Source: an uncultured Bacilli bacterium
GTDB lineage: Bacteria > Bacillota_I > Bacilli_A > RF39 > UBA660
Direction: 5' to 3'
DNA length: 46,116 nucleotides
Assembly: GCA_947586205.1 (NCBI GenBank)
Contig: CANPXO010000004.1
Location: 1-46,116 of the forward strand
In this document: piece by piece, positions 30,989-40,052 of the stretch
Layout of the letters: each line of letters starts with the position of its first letter
Position numbering within the stretch: the stretch's first letter is position 1
Notes under the pieces: model-generated
Databases searched by the model: none
Seen by the model: the letters and a program-made list of their open reading frames with translations, nothing else
What the model was told of the DNA's origin: nothing
Program-made: the position numbers and the translations under genes

Positions 30989-33256
30989 TTATTCTCCAGG
31001 ATTTTCATTATTTTCAAGTTTTACTAATACTTCTCTAGGTTTCGATCCATTTTGAGGTCCAATAATTCCTCGTTCTTCTAATAAATCCACAATACGAGCT
31101 GCACGGTTATAGCCAAAACGGAATCTTCTTTGAAGAAGGGATGCACTAATCTTACCTGTTTGAATGGCAAATTCCACAACTTCTTGGTACATTGGATCAT
31201 CGTATTCTTCTGCGTCTCCCCCTCCAGAGTGTGATGAAGTAGTTTCTGTTTGAATTTCACTTAAGGATTCATCATAACTAGCTTGTTGTTGTTTACATAC
31301 ATGGTCAATGAGCCTCCTGATTTCATCATCGGAAATATAACATCCTTGAATACGAATTGGTGTATTTTCACCCATTGGTTGAAAGAGCATATCACCTTTT
31401 CCAAGAAGTTTCTCGGCTCCACCACAATCTAAAATGGTTCGAGAGTCAATTTGACTTGCTACAGAGAATGCAATACGAGATGGAATATTGGTTTTAATAA
31501 CACCTGTGATAACATCGGTACTAGGTCTTTGAGTCGCGACAATCAAATGAATTCCAGCTGCACGAGCAAGTTGAGTAATTCTCATAATGGAGTCTTCGAC
31601 TTCTTTTCTTGCTGCAATCATCAAATCTGCCATTTCATCAACAATCACAACTATGTAATGCATTCTAGGTCTTGGATTCTCAGGATGACGAGCATTTTCT
31701 TCATCAATCTTTTTATTGTAATCGCCAATATTTTTGACTCCGTTATCCGCAAGTTCATGATATCTTCGGTCCATTTCGACAACCACTTTTTGTAAGGTTG
31801 CACTTGCTCTTTTCGGGTCTACCACGACTGGACAAAGTAAATGAGGAACTCCATTATAATTTGATAATTCTACTTGTTTTGGGTCTACCAACACAAGTTT
31901 CACTTCATCAGGCCGATAACGCATCAAAATAGATGCAATAATACTATTCACACAGACAGATTTACCAGAACCAGTAGAACCAGCAATGAGTAAGTGAGGC
32001 ATCTTTGACAAATCACAAATTCTTGGTGTACCCATAATATCTTTTCCTAAGGCAACTAAAATGCCACCTTTACTTTCTAACATTTCTTTACTTGCTAAAA
32101 TTTCTTTAATCTTTACAGCTGAAATGGCTTGATTTGGAATTTCAATACCAATCGTACTTTTTCCAGGAATTGGCGCTTCTATACGAACATCTTTGGCAGC
32201 TAAAGCCAAAGCAATTTCTTTATTAATAGATACAATACGACTTACTTTTGTTCCACTTGGTACCACGACTTCAAACTGAGTCACAGATGGCCCCATATGA
32301 ATATCAACGACTTTACCTGTAATTTGGAAATCATTTAAAACTCTTTCTAGATTTTGTTTATTATTAATTAAGAATTGGTTGGAATTTGTCTTTTTGCTTA
32401 CCACTGGATTATCTAAAATCTTCATATCAGGAAGTTTATAATTTGGATTACTTACATTTGATTTGCTCTCTTCTTGAGGAGTCTCTACCACAGGTTCTTT
32501 AGGAGGCTCAGAAAATTGTTTTAATTCTTCCATACTATTTATGACAATCGCTTTACTAGATGGTTCTTCTTCCTCACCCATCAACCTTTTTTCTAGAGCT
32601 TTTTCTCTTCTTGTCACGTCATCTTCGACAGACCCTTCTTCACTCTCTTCCGCAAGGTCTTTCACGTGACGTATTTTATTCCAAAGATTTGATAATATCT
32701 CAGATAAATTGACATTAAAGAGTAACACAACTCCAAAAAGAGTCACGAATGCTAACACAACATAAGTTCCTGTCTCATCAAATAAAGCATCGGATGCAAA
32801 AGCAAATACGGCCCCGATGATACCTCCACCAATCGCGATTGAAGAAAGTCCAGAACTTGATAAAGCCGAGTGACTATCCATAGAATTCACTCTTGCACCA
32901 TAGTTTTTAATTGTTTCTTCAAAAATATCAGATGCACTTTCACATTCCCGAATAAAAGTTAAATGACTAAATACTAAGACTACAATGAGTAAAAGATAGA
33001 AACCAATATATTTTTGTTGAAAAAAATTTGGTAACTTTCTTTTAATTAACATAAAGAATCCTAAATATAAAACAAAAATTAAAATAAGTGGCCACCACTC
33101 CCCTGCAAGAAACATAGCAAATTTTTTTAGTAATGCTCCAACAGGTCCAAAACCAAAGCCAATCAAACCTATAAGAATTAAAATGAGTCCAGTGAGTTCT
33201 ACACTGAATGTCATATTTTTGGTATTTTCACTTGTTCCTTTTTTCTTCTTTGCCAT
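30989..33256 (-). CDS. ftsK: FtsK/SpoIIIE DNA translocase (probable start MAKKKK)
   Basis: N-terminal TMs, PHLLIAGSTGSGKS, ATQRPS and gamma domain SLLQRRFRFGYNRAAR. Confidence 0.95.
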   Translation of the reverse strand: MAKKKKGTSENTKNMTFSVELTGLILILIGLIGFGFGPVGALLKKFAMFLAGEWWPLILIFVLYLGFFMLIKRKLPNFFQQKYIGFYLLLIVVLVFSHLTFIRECESASDIFEETIKNYGARVNSMDSHSALSSSGLSSIAIGGGIIGAVFAFASDALFDETGTYVVLAFVTLFGVVLLFNVNLSEILSNLWNKIRHVKDLAEESEEGSVEDDVTRREKALEKRLMGEEEEPSSKAIVINSMEELKQFSEPPKEPVVETPQEESKSNVSNPNYKLPDMKILDNPVVSKKTNSNQFLINNKQNLERVLNDFQITGKVVDIHMGPSVTQFEVVVPSGTKVSRIVSINKEIALALAAKDVRIEAPIPGKSTIGIEIPNQAISAVKIKEILASKEMLESKGGILVALGKDIMGTPRICDLSKMPHLLIAGSTGSGKSVCVNSIIASILMRYRPDEVKLVLVDPKQVELSNYNGVPHLLCPVVVDPKRASATLQKVVVEMDRRYHELADNGVKNIGDYNKKIDEENARHPENPRPRMHYIVVIVDEMADLMIAARKEVEDSIMRITQLARAAGIHLIVATQRPSTDVITGVIKTNIPSRIAFSVASQIDSRTILDCGGAEKLLGKGDMLFQPMGENTPIRIQGCYISDDEIRRLIDHVCKQQQASYDESLSEIQTETTSSHSGGGDAEEYDDPMYQEVVEFAIQTGKISASLLQRRFRFGYNRAARIVDLLEERGIIGPQNGSKPREVLVKLENNENPGE

Positions 33257-33331
33257 ACTTATCTTCACCATAAACATTATATCGAAAGATAAAAAAAGTG
33301 TCAAACTTTGAACACACTTTTTTACATTTTT

Positions 33332-34411
33332 TTACTCTTTTGTTTTTTTTCTTTTCTTTTTCTTTTTTTCTTCTGTTTCTTCTAAGTTTTCTGGGTCTCC
33401 TATTTTCAAGAAAATCTTAGCAAGGGCAATGGGGTGCATCACAAATTCAATCGAATCTGCTTTATCAACAAGTGTAATAAGCCAAGCTTCTTTACTTCTA
33501 GGGAGTTTTTTATTCACTGGAAACATATGGGTAAGCATAATTTCTTCTACTTTTGGAGTTACAACTTTGGTTCCAAAGACTCTCTTTGCATTATCCACTG
33601 CATTTTTCGCATGAGTAAACGCATGTTTTTCAAAAAATTTTTTTCTTTCTTTGTCATATTGCCAAGGTTTCTCATAAAAATCATGTAACATTCCGGCAAC
33701 AGCTAAGCTTTTATAATCTAAGGAATATCTTTTTCCAATTTTATAACAATCAAATGCGACTTTAGAAACATGTTCATAAACAGATTCATGTATATGATGG
33801 GGATATTTTTTCCTTTTTTGAAATTCTTCATTTTCAATAATAGGTTTGACTAATTCAAGAAATTCTTTACGTTCTTTATCTCTTTCTTTTTGTATTTCTT
33901 CTTTGGTTCTTCCTTTATAATAAAGATAACAACATAATGTTAGAATTTGTAAAATAAAAGTAATGATAATAAATATTTGAATCGGAATCCATGGAATTAT
34001 CATAGCTAAAAAGCCAAAAAGAATCGTTAAGAAAATAGCCCAAGTTTTAATTTTACCAATCAGTAAAGATGCGACAACTCCTTTTTTAAAATAAAAATAT
34101 AAATTAATACAAGCAATCACACATTCTAAAAGAAGTAAATAGAAATAAGCATGATTTTTAATCACTAATAAAATCAGTAAACTAATTGCCAATGTCTTAT
34201 CGGCAACCGTATCTAACTTCGCACCAAATGCACTTGTGACTTTCCATTTTCTTGCTAAAAAGCCATCTAAAAAATCAGTAAAAGAAATGATTCCCACGAC
34301 AACAATTAAAAGCCAATAATGATTCGTTAATCCTAAATAAATTATCATAGGTGTACATATAATTCTTAACGATGTTAAACAATTAGGAATATATTTTTTT
34401 ATGCTTTTCAT
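33332..34411 (-). CDS. CDP-alcohol phosphatidyltransferase fused to an HD-domain phosphohydrolase
   Basis: PN.LT..R and D.LDG.LAR...S.FG..LD..AD, then SVYEH...LHDFY...HAFTH...HMFP...DK. Confidence 0.85.
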   Translation of the reverse strand: MKSIKKYIPNCLTSLRIICTPMIIYLGLTNHYWLLIVVVGIISFTDFLDGFLARKWKVTSAFGAKLDTVADKTLAISLLILLVIKNHAYFYLLLLECVIACINLYFYFKKGVVASLLIGKIKTWAIFLTILFGFLAMIIPWIPIQIFIIITFILQILTLCCYLYYKGRTKEEIQKERDKERKEFLELVKPIIENEEFQKRKKYPHHIHESVYEHVSKVAFDCYKIGKRYSLDYKSLAVAGMLHDFYEKPWQYDKERKKFFEKHAFTHAKNAVDNAKRVFGTKVVTPKVEEIMLTHMFPVNKKLPRSKEAWLITLVDKADSIEFVMHPIALAKIFLKIGDPENLEETEEKKKKKRKKTKE

Positions 34412-34455
34412 AACTCATAACTCTCCGTACTTTAGTTTACTCGCTTTTTATCGAT

Positions 34456-34484
34456 TTGACAAGTAAAAATAAAAGTGTTATAAT
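34456..34484 (+). promoter_or_regulatory. Perfect sigma70/sigmaA promoter
   Basis: TTGACA-N17-TATAAT with an extended TG. Confidence 0.85.
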
Positions 34485-34505
34485 ATTTGGCAACAAAAGG
34501 GGGTT

Positions 34506-35333
34506 TTGAATATGAATGCGATTTATATAACACCAGAAGATTTAAAAAAAGAAATTGGTCATGGAACAGATGGCGCGGTTTATAAATATAATTCTAAATA
34601 TTATGTTAAGTTGTATCATGCCTATGTAAGGGATATTTTAACGCAAGAAAAAACTTCATTAGAAGAAACAAAAATCTATCAAAAAAATTCATCTACTATT
34701 CATTTGGTTTCTGAACCGCTTACTTATTATTCTTATAAAGAAGAAGAAATTAGAGTTAGACCAAAAGAAGCAATTTATTTAGCCATGAAAAGACAAGAAA
34801 ATGTTCATAGAAATTATCTTCCTCAAGCTCCTGTTTATTTAAATCATCGATTTGCAGGCTGTTTACTTAGAAAAGTATCTGGTATTTCAATTCATAAACT
34901 TATGGGCCTTCCTCAAAATCTAAAAAGAAAAATTATGTATGAGGTTCTTCTTGATATTGAAGAACTTTTACAAAATAATATTTATCCTGTTGATTTAGCA
35001 AATAGTCCTTATGCAAATACAATTGGTTTTGAAAAAGGACATTCACATATTTTAGTAAATCCTATTAATTTACATACTCATATTATTGATTTAGATGGAA
35101 AATCAACTATTTACACTGAAAAAAGAAATGAAGAACATTATACTCATACTTTAAATACTTTAAATATTTTATTTTTAGAATTCTTCTATCATCTTTCTTA
35201 TGATGACTATGAAACAGAAGATGAACTTTTAAGTAATTTAGAAGAATTAAAAATTCCATCTACTTATCAAAAAGATTTAGTTAATGGAACTTTATCTATT
35301 CCTAAAATAAAAGAATTAATAAAAGAAAAATAA
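34506..35333 (+). CDS. Protein-kinase-like fold protein
   Basis: IGHGTDGAVY Gly-loop, YVK lysine, IYPVDL catalytic-loop-like and IIDLD DFG-like motifs. Confidence 0.65.
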   Translation: MNMNAIYITPEDLKKEIGHGTDGAVYKYNSKYYVKLYHAYVRDILTQEKTSLEETKIYQKNSSTIHLVSEPLTYYSYKEEEIRVRPKEAIYLAMKRQENVHRNYLPQAPVYLNHRFAGCLLRKVSGISIHKLMGLPQNLKRKIMYEVLLDIEELLQNNIYPVDLANSPYANTIGFEKGHSHILVNPINLHTHIIDLDGKSTIYTEKRNEEHYTHTLNTLNILFLEFFYHLSYDDYETEDELLSNLEELKIPSTYQKDLVNGTLSIPKIKELIKEK

Positions 35334-35375
35334 AATTCCTATTTTGTTTCTAAAACAGAGAAAAAGAAATACTTG

Positions 35376-35801
35376 TTATAAATATTTCTTAAACTCATCT
35401 AAACTACGATGTTCAAATTCAATTAAATTCTCTATCATAGGAATAATCTTTTTATCTTTTCCTTCATAATGATTTTTTAATTCTTCTAGTTGTACTAAAC
35501 CTTTATTGGTTCCTTCTATCATCATTTTGGCAATATGAGAATCTGTATTATCCATCATCATTTTCATATTTACCATCATATCACTTTCCATGTGAACTAA
35601 AGCTCCTAGTTCTTTATCTTCGACATGATATTTTTTACATAATGGTGTTAAAGCATGTTTAATACTATCATATTGTTTCTTTTGTTTTAGAACTACTTCT
35701 AATAAATCATGGGATTTAATTTTATCTTTAATACTTTCTATTCCTACAACACCCATTTCTACATTTTGATGTAGTTTTAAAATTGTTTCTCTTTCTTCCA
35801 T
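35376..35801 (-). CDS. Helical, ferritin-like/DUF2383-like protein, possibly spore-associated (probable start 35801)
   Basis: N..MG...I, SHIA.MMIEG..KG and L..FE...L..Y pattern. Confidence 0.65.
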   Translation of the reverse strand: MEERETILKLHQNVEMGVVGIESIKDKIKSHDLLEVVLKQKKQYDSIKHALTPLCKKYHVEDKELGALVHMESDMMVNMKMMMDNTDSHIAKMMIEGTNKGLVQLEELKNHYEGKDKKIIPMIENLIEFEHRSLDEFKKYL

Positions 35802-35905
35802 ATTAATCACCATTTATAATATGAAACACTTTATTCTAAAATATTCTTTTTTCAAATTACTTAAAACCACTTGAATTTTTATTTTATTTTTGGTATACTG
35901 TATAC

Positions 35906-36013
35906 AGATGAAGGAAACTTCATAAAATAAAAAGGAAGCATTTCAGTTTTGATACGCTGAATGCCTACCTACAAAGACGTAGACATTTACATTTCTGTAA
36001 GTGTCATTTCTTT
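35906..36013 (+). ncRNA. Putative antitoxin sRNA 1
   Basis: TTGAAT-N17-TATACT promoter; 5' ATGAAG-GAAA-CTTCAT hairpin; GACATTTACA...TGTAAGTGTC terminator. Confidence 0.75.
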
Positions 36014-36105
36014 ATTATGGAAAGAATCGTTATGATTTCCCATAATATGTTGACAATATAATCAAATACTTGAATTATAAATCTTCGTTTTTGACTCATA
36101 TTCAT
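36004..36105 (-). CDS. Putative type I toxin 1, (MN)MSQKRRFIIQVFDYIVNILWEIITILSIIKK
   Basis: SD-like AGGAGAAAGGGGTG partly in a hairpin; promoter TTGCCA-N17-TAATAT (36217-36189). Confidence 0.72.
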   Translation of the reverse strand: MNMSQKRRFIIQVFDYIVNILWEIITILSIIKK

Positions 36106-36274
36106 CACACCCCTTTCTCCTTAAAAAAATTTGTTTATAGAGAGGAGAAAGTGGTAGACACTCAGCAACTATAATGCTTCCTACAAACATATTAACACAC
36201 TTTTATAATATTGGCAAGCAAAAAATGATATTTTCCTACTTGAATTTTTATCTGATTTTTGATATACTGTATAT

Positions 36275-36382
36275 AGATGAAGGAAACTTCATTAAATAAA
36301 AAGAAGCATTTCAGTTTTGACCGCTGAATGTCTACTTTGGAAAAGCTTAAGACATTTACAATTTCTTGTAAGTGTCTATTTT
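36275..36382 (+). ncRNA. Putative antitoxin sRNA 2
   Basis: Same promoter, 5' hairpin and terminator architecture as sRNA 1. Confidence 0.72.
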
Positions 36383-36459
36383 ATTAAGTATTGATAACAA
36401 TATTATCTCGCATAATAAAATGTTATGAATTTGAATACTTCTTTTAGTATCTCTTTCAT
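36356..36459 (-). pseudogene. Putative type I toxin 2, apparently frameshifted
   Basis: ATG 36459 gives only 18 aa; adding 1 nt at the A4 run 36417-36420 yields MKEILKEVFKFITFLLCEIILLSILNKIDTYKKL, which aligns with toxin 1. Confidence 0.55.
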
Positions 36460-36630
36460 GAAACAACACTCCCTTCTCCTTAAAATTGATTTTATAGAGA
36501 GGAGAAGCGTAGACACCCAGCAACTAAAATGCTTCCTACAAACATATTAACATACTTTTATAATATTAGCAAGCAAAAATATTATTTTTTGCTACTTGCA
36601 TTTTTATTGTATTTTTGATATACTGTATGC

Positions 36631-36747
36631 AGATGAAGGAAACTTCATAAAATAAAAAAGGAAGGTATTTCAGAATAGCCGCTGAATGCCTCACCTAACG
36701 TGTGGCATTTAATAAGATTCTATTTGAATTTTATTAAGTGCCTTTTT
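36631..36747 (+). ncRNA. Putative antitoxin sRNA 3
   Basis: TTGCAT-N17-TATACT; same 5' hairpin; GGCATTTAATAAGATTC...GAATTTTATTAAGTGCC-T5 terminator. Confidence 0.75.
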
Positions 36748-36850
36748 GCATCATTACGTACAAAAATGCTAAAAAGCATATTGTAAATAATGTAGCAAGT
36801 GCTAATAGATATCGAAAAATCTTTATTACAAAAGTTCTTCGCTTATCCAT
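36734..36850 (-). CDS. Putative type I toxin 3, MDKRRTFVIKIFRYLLALATLFTICFLAFLYVMMQKGT (38 aa)
   Basis: Perfect SD GGAGGTGA paired with upstream TCACCT; basic N-terminus plus about 20-aa TM; promoter TTGTTA-N17-TAATAT. Confidence 0.82.
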   Translation of the reverse strand: MDKRRTFVIKIFRYLLALATLFTICFLAFLYVMMQKGT

Positions 36851-37013
36851 GGCTCATCACCTCCTCGAGCTTATAATAGCCCGTAGGTGAAAAGGCACCC
36901 AGTTTTTCTAAAAACCTTCCTGTAAAAATATTAACACACCTTTATAATATTAACAAGCAAAAAATGATTTTTTACCACTTGAAATTTTTTCTTATTTTTG
37001 ATATACTGTATAT

Positions 37014-37121
37014 AGATGAAGGAAACTTCATTAAATAAAAAGAAGCATTTCAGTTTTGGTATGCTGAATGTCTACTTTGGAAATAGTTGAGACATTTACG
37101 TTATGTAAGTGTCATTTTTTT
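37014..37121 (+). ncRNA. Putative orphan antitoxin sRNA 4
   Basis: Intact TTGAAA-N17-TATACT promoter, hairpin and terminator; very similar to sRNA 2; no cognate peptide ORF follows. Confidence 0.68.
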
Positions 37122-37148
37122 ATTCTATAAACTAAAAAAGAGGCATTT

Positions 37149-38783
37149 TTATACCTCTTGGACAACTGCAATAATCATTGGTTTTGATTCTGTTTGTTCA
37201 TATAAGTAATTACTTAATTCAGAACGAATTTCTGTTTTAATTTTATTATAATCAACAATTCCATTTACAATGTTACGTTTAATAATTTCTTCACTTAAGT
37301 TTTTCATTCCATAAATGATATCTTTAGAATCCTTGACATAAATAAAACCTTTTGTAGTCACTTCTGGACCTACTAATAAAATTTTATCTTTCTTGCTAAG
37401 AGTCGCGCTGATAAGAACAATTCCATTATCACTTAACATCTCTCTATCTTTGATAACGAGTTCTCCGACATCATCACTACTCTTTCCATCAATTAAGGTT
37501 TCTTTTACTTTAATATGGTCAAAGTTTTCCGTTGCTACACCATCTACAAATTCCACAACATCACCATTTTGTTTTAAGAAAATATGGTCTGCTGGAATTC
37601 CTAAGGCACTTGCAAGATTTGCATTATTCACCATATAACGGTACTCACCTTTGACAGGCATATAATATTTTGGATTCATAAGCTTAATCATTAACATTAA
37701 ATCTTCTTGAGATGCATGATGTAAAATGTTTTTGGTCTTTGGTAAAGAAATAATTTTACAACCAGCCATCGCTAAATCATTTTCTAATCTAACAACTGTT
37801 TTTTCATTGGAGTCATAACGAGGTTCGGCAAATACTACGGCATCCCCCTCTTTTAAAGTTATAAACTTATCATACCCACTCACAATTTTATTAATCGCAG
37901 CATAAGCATTTGATTTATCATCACAAATAAGTAAAATCGAATTTGCATCATTAATATTTGATAAATCACCAATTAATTCTTCTTGATACTCTAAGTAGCC
38001 ATTATCATGCGCAAAATGAATAAAGTTTTGTAATTTTTTCCCCATAATGACAATTTTTCGATGAGAGTTTCTGGCACCTTCAAAAATGTCTTGAATGGTA
38101 TACAAATGTGTTGGTAATACACTAAATAAAATACGGTTTTCACATTTATTAATAATGTCTCCAAAAAATGAAGCTAATCGGTGTGTTGGTGAAGTATGTC
38201 CAATATGTTCTGAAAATACTGACTCGCTTAAAAGACATAAAACTCCTTGTTTTCCAACATAAGCAATTTTTCCTAAATCCATATCATAATTTTCTTTCAT
38301 TAAAGGGTCAATGATAAAGTCCCCTGTATAGCAAATCGCTCCATGGGGAGTATTAATACAATACATGACAGCTCCTGGCACACTATGACTCACAGGCATT
38401 GGAAAAATGGAAACCGTTCCAAAATTTAATTTACGATTTGGTGTAATCTCAATGATGTTCTCCTCTTTCACACCTAAGTCCATAAGGACAAACTTTGTAT
38501 AATGAGTGGCATAAAATTTAATTCCGGGTATTGTTCTTGCTAGGTCTGCTGCCGCCCCCATGTTCTCATAATGACCATGAGTAATAAAGACACCTTTAAT
38601 CTTTGCTTTATTTTTGATTAAATATTCATAATCAGGAATGATATAATCAATTCCATACATGAATCCTTCGGCATATTTTAACCCGCAGTCAAACACAAAA
38701 ATTTCTTCGTTGATTTCAATGACATAGGTATTTTTTCCCATTTCATCCAAACCACCCAAACTAAAAATTCTAATTTTTTCCAT
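37149..38783 (-). CDS. rnjB: Ribonuclease J, J2-like (degenerate metal motif)
   Basis: LGGLDEMGKN; THGHYENMG instead of HGHEDH; HSVP, TGDF, HASQEDL. Confidence 0.85.
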   Translation of the reverse strand: MEKIRIFSLGGLDEMGKNTYVIEINEEIFVFDCGLKYAEGFMYGIDYIIPDYEYLIKNKAKIKGVFITHGHYENMGAAADLARTIPGIKFYATHYTKFVLMDLGVKEENIIEITPNRKLNFGTVSIFPMPVSHSVPGAVMYCINTPHGAICYTGDFIIDPLMKENYDMDLGKIAYVGKQGVLCLLSESVFSEHIGHTSPTHRLASFFGDIINKCENRILFSVLPTHLYTIQDIFEGARNSHRKIVIMGKKLQNFIHFAHDNGYLEYQEELIGDLSNINDANSILLICDDKSNAYAAINKIVSGYDKFITLKEGDAVVFAEPRYDSNEKTVVRLENDLAMAGCKIISLPKTKNILHHASQEDLMLMIKLMNPKYYMPVKGEYRYMVNNANLASALGIPADHIFLKQNGDVVEFVDGVATENFDHIKVKETLIDGKSSDDVGELVIKDREMLSDNGIVLISATLSKKDKILLVGPEVTTKGFIYVKDSKDIIYGMKNLSEEIIKRNIVNGIVDYNKIKTEIRSELSNYLYEQTESKPMIIAVVQEV

Positions 38784-38882
38784 AACGATTCTCCTAACTT
38801 AATAGTTTCTTTATAAAAGAAAGAAACTGATATAAGAATTTTTGCATGAATTCATTATAGCAAAAAAAGAATGGTTTGTAAA

Positions 38883-39668
38883 TCAGGAACGTGATTCACT
38901 TAATAATTCTTCCAACGGTAAGACTTTTAAACCTTGAAAATAGATTTGATTTAGTAAAACTTGTACTTTTGGAATTTCTAAATTTTCTAAGAAAAGAATG
39001 GAACCAGATTTAATGGAATGATAGTTAGATACAAAGTTTTGATTATTCAAACGAAGTGTTTCTTCAATCATAATCTTTTTCTTTTTTTGACAAAATTCTT
39101 CGGATAATAAACGAATATAACAAAAATCGTTGTTCCATTCATTTTTCTTTAACATATTTTCGACTTCTTGATAATTTTTTTCATCGACATTTAATTTGCT
39201 TCCGTATTTTATAACTCCACCTACATTTTCTTTAGTTGTTAAAATAGAATAAGGAACACCCATCTCTTCAAAGTACTCTTTTAATGTATTACTTGCGATG
39301 ATGAAACTGACTCCTTCTTTTAACTTGCTTCCTTCTGATATGACTTTATCTAAGTTTTCACTTAATGAAATGTTTGGTTTTACTTCATCAAAAACAAAGT
39401 TATTTTCAGAGTAGTATCCAAGATTCTTCATAGCTGTAAAACTTTTATCGACGTTTACAACCTCGCCTACTAGCCCAGGAATAATCGTATCATCTTTGAT
39501 GATGGCATCCACGGACTTGATTTCATAGTCATCCATCGAAGCAAGAATGGATTCATAAATGGGGTCTTTACTCCTCATAAATTGAGCAATTTTTTCGGTA
39601 TAGTAAAAACTAAAACATAACAAAACAATTAAACCAAAGATTCGTACATACTTATTCATAAAATTCAC
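38883..39668 (-). CDS. Membrane-anchored, degenerate polysaccharide-deacetylase-like (YlxY-like) protein
   Basis: N-terminal TM, DA.I....IIPG..G..VNVDKS, GSILFL...L..LLSE. Confidence 0.6.
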   Translation of the reverse strand: MNFMNKYVRIFGLIVLLCFSFYYTEKIAQFMRSKDPIYESILASMDDYEIKSVDAIIKDDTIIPGLVGEVVNVDKSFTAMKNLGYYSENNFVFDEVKPNISLSENLDKVISEGSKLKEGVSFIIASNTLKEYFEEMGVPYSILTTKENVGGVIKYGSKLNVDEKNYQEVENMLKKNEWNNDFCYIRLLSEEFCQKKKKIMIEETLRLNNQNFVSNYHSIKSGSILFLENLEIPKVQVLLNQIYFQGLKVLPLEELLSESRS

Positions 39669-39701
39669 CTAATTCATTCTATGAAAAAAAGTTTTTTTTA
39701 T

Positions 39702-40052
39702 CTAATTTTTTTCATTTTTTTCTTTAGGATGATAACTAGATACAAAAGCAATGGTCTCGGCAATCACTTCGGTCATGAATTTTTTCTCGCCTTGTTCATT
39801 GGTGTAGTTACGAACTTGTAAACGTCCACGGATGCAGACAATGTCGCCTTTTTTACAGTATTCGTTTGCCCGTTCGGCAATACCGTTCCAGAGTACGCAG
39901 CGAATAAAGTCCGTTTCATAAATCCCATCCATGTTTTTGTAAGTTCTCGGAACTGCAAGATTTACAACTGTACGAAAAGACTCATTTTCCGTTTTGACAA
40001 TCTCTGGGTCGCCCGATAATCTTCCGATTAGAATGACATGATTCATGTACAA
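39702..40052 (-). CDS. ssb: Short single-stranded DNA-binding protein (SsbB-like, no acidic tail)
   Basis: MNHVILIGRL..DPE, TDFIRCVLW, GRLQVRNY. Confidence 0.92.
   Translation of the reverse strand: MYMNHVILIGRLSGDPEIVKTENESFRTVVNLAVPRTYKNMDGIYETDFIRCVLWNGIAERANEYCKKGDIVCIRGRLQVRNYTNEQGEKKFMTEVIAETIAFVSSYHPKEKNEKN

Larger units (their letters stand above)
35871..37120. repeat. Tandem array of about 370-bp modules (3 complete + 1 truncated), putative type I toxin-antitoxin cluster
   Basis: AGATGAAGGAAACTTCAT recurs at 35906, 36275, 36631 and 37014, with conserved promoters and variable interiors. Confidence 0.9.

Noticed and set aside
35871..37120. 370-bp units as CRISPR, integron cassettes or MITEs
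   Set aside because: The period is too long for CRISPR; there is no integrase, attC or target duplication; the inverted arms are G-U-biased, indicating RNA structure rather than DNA termini
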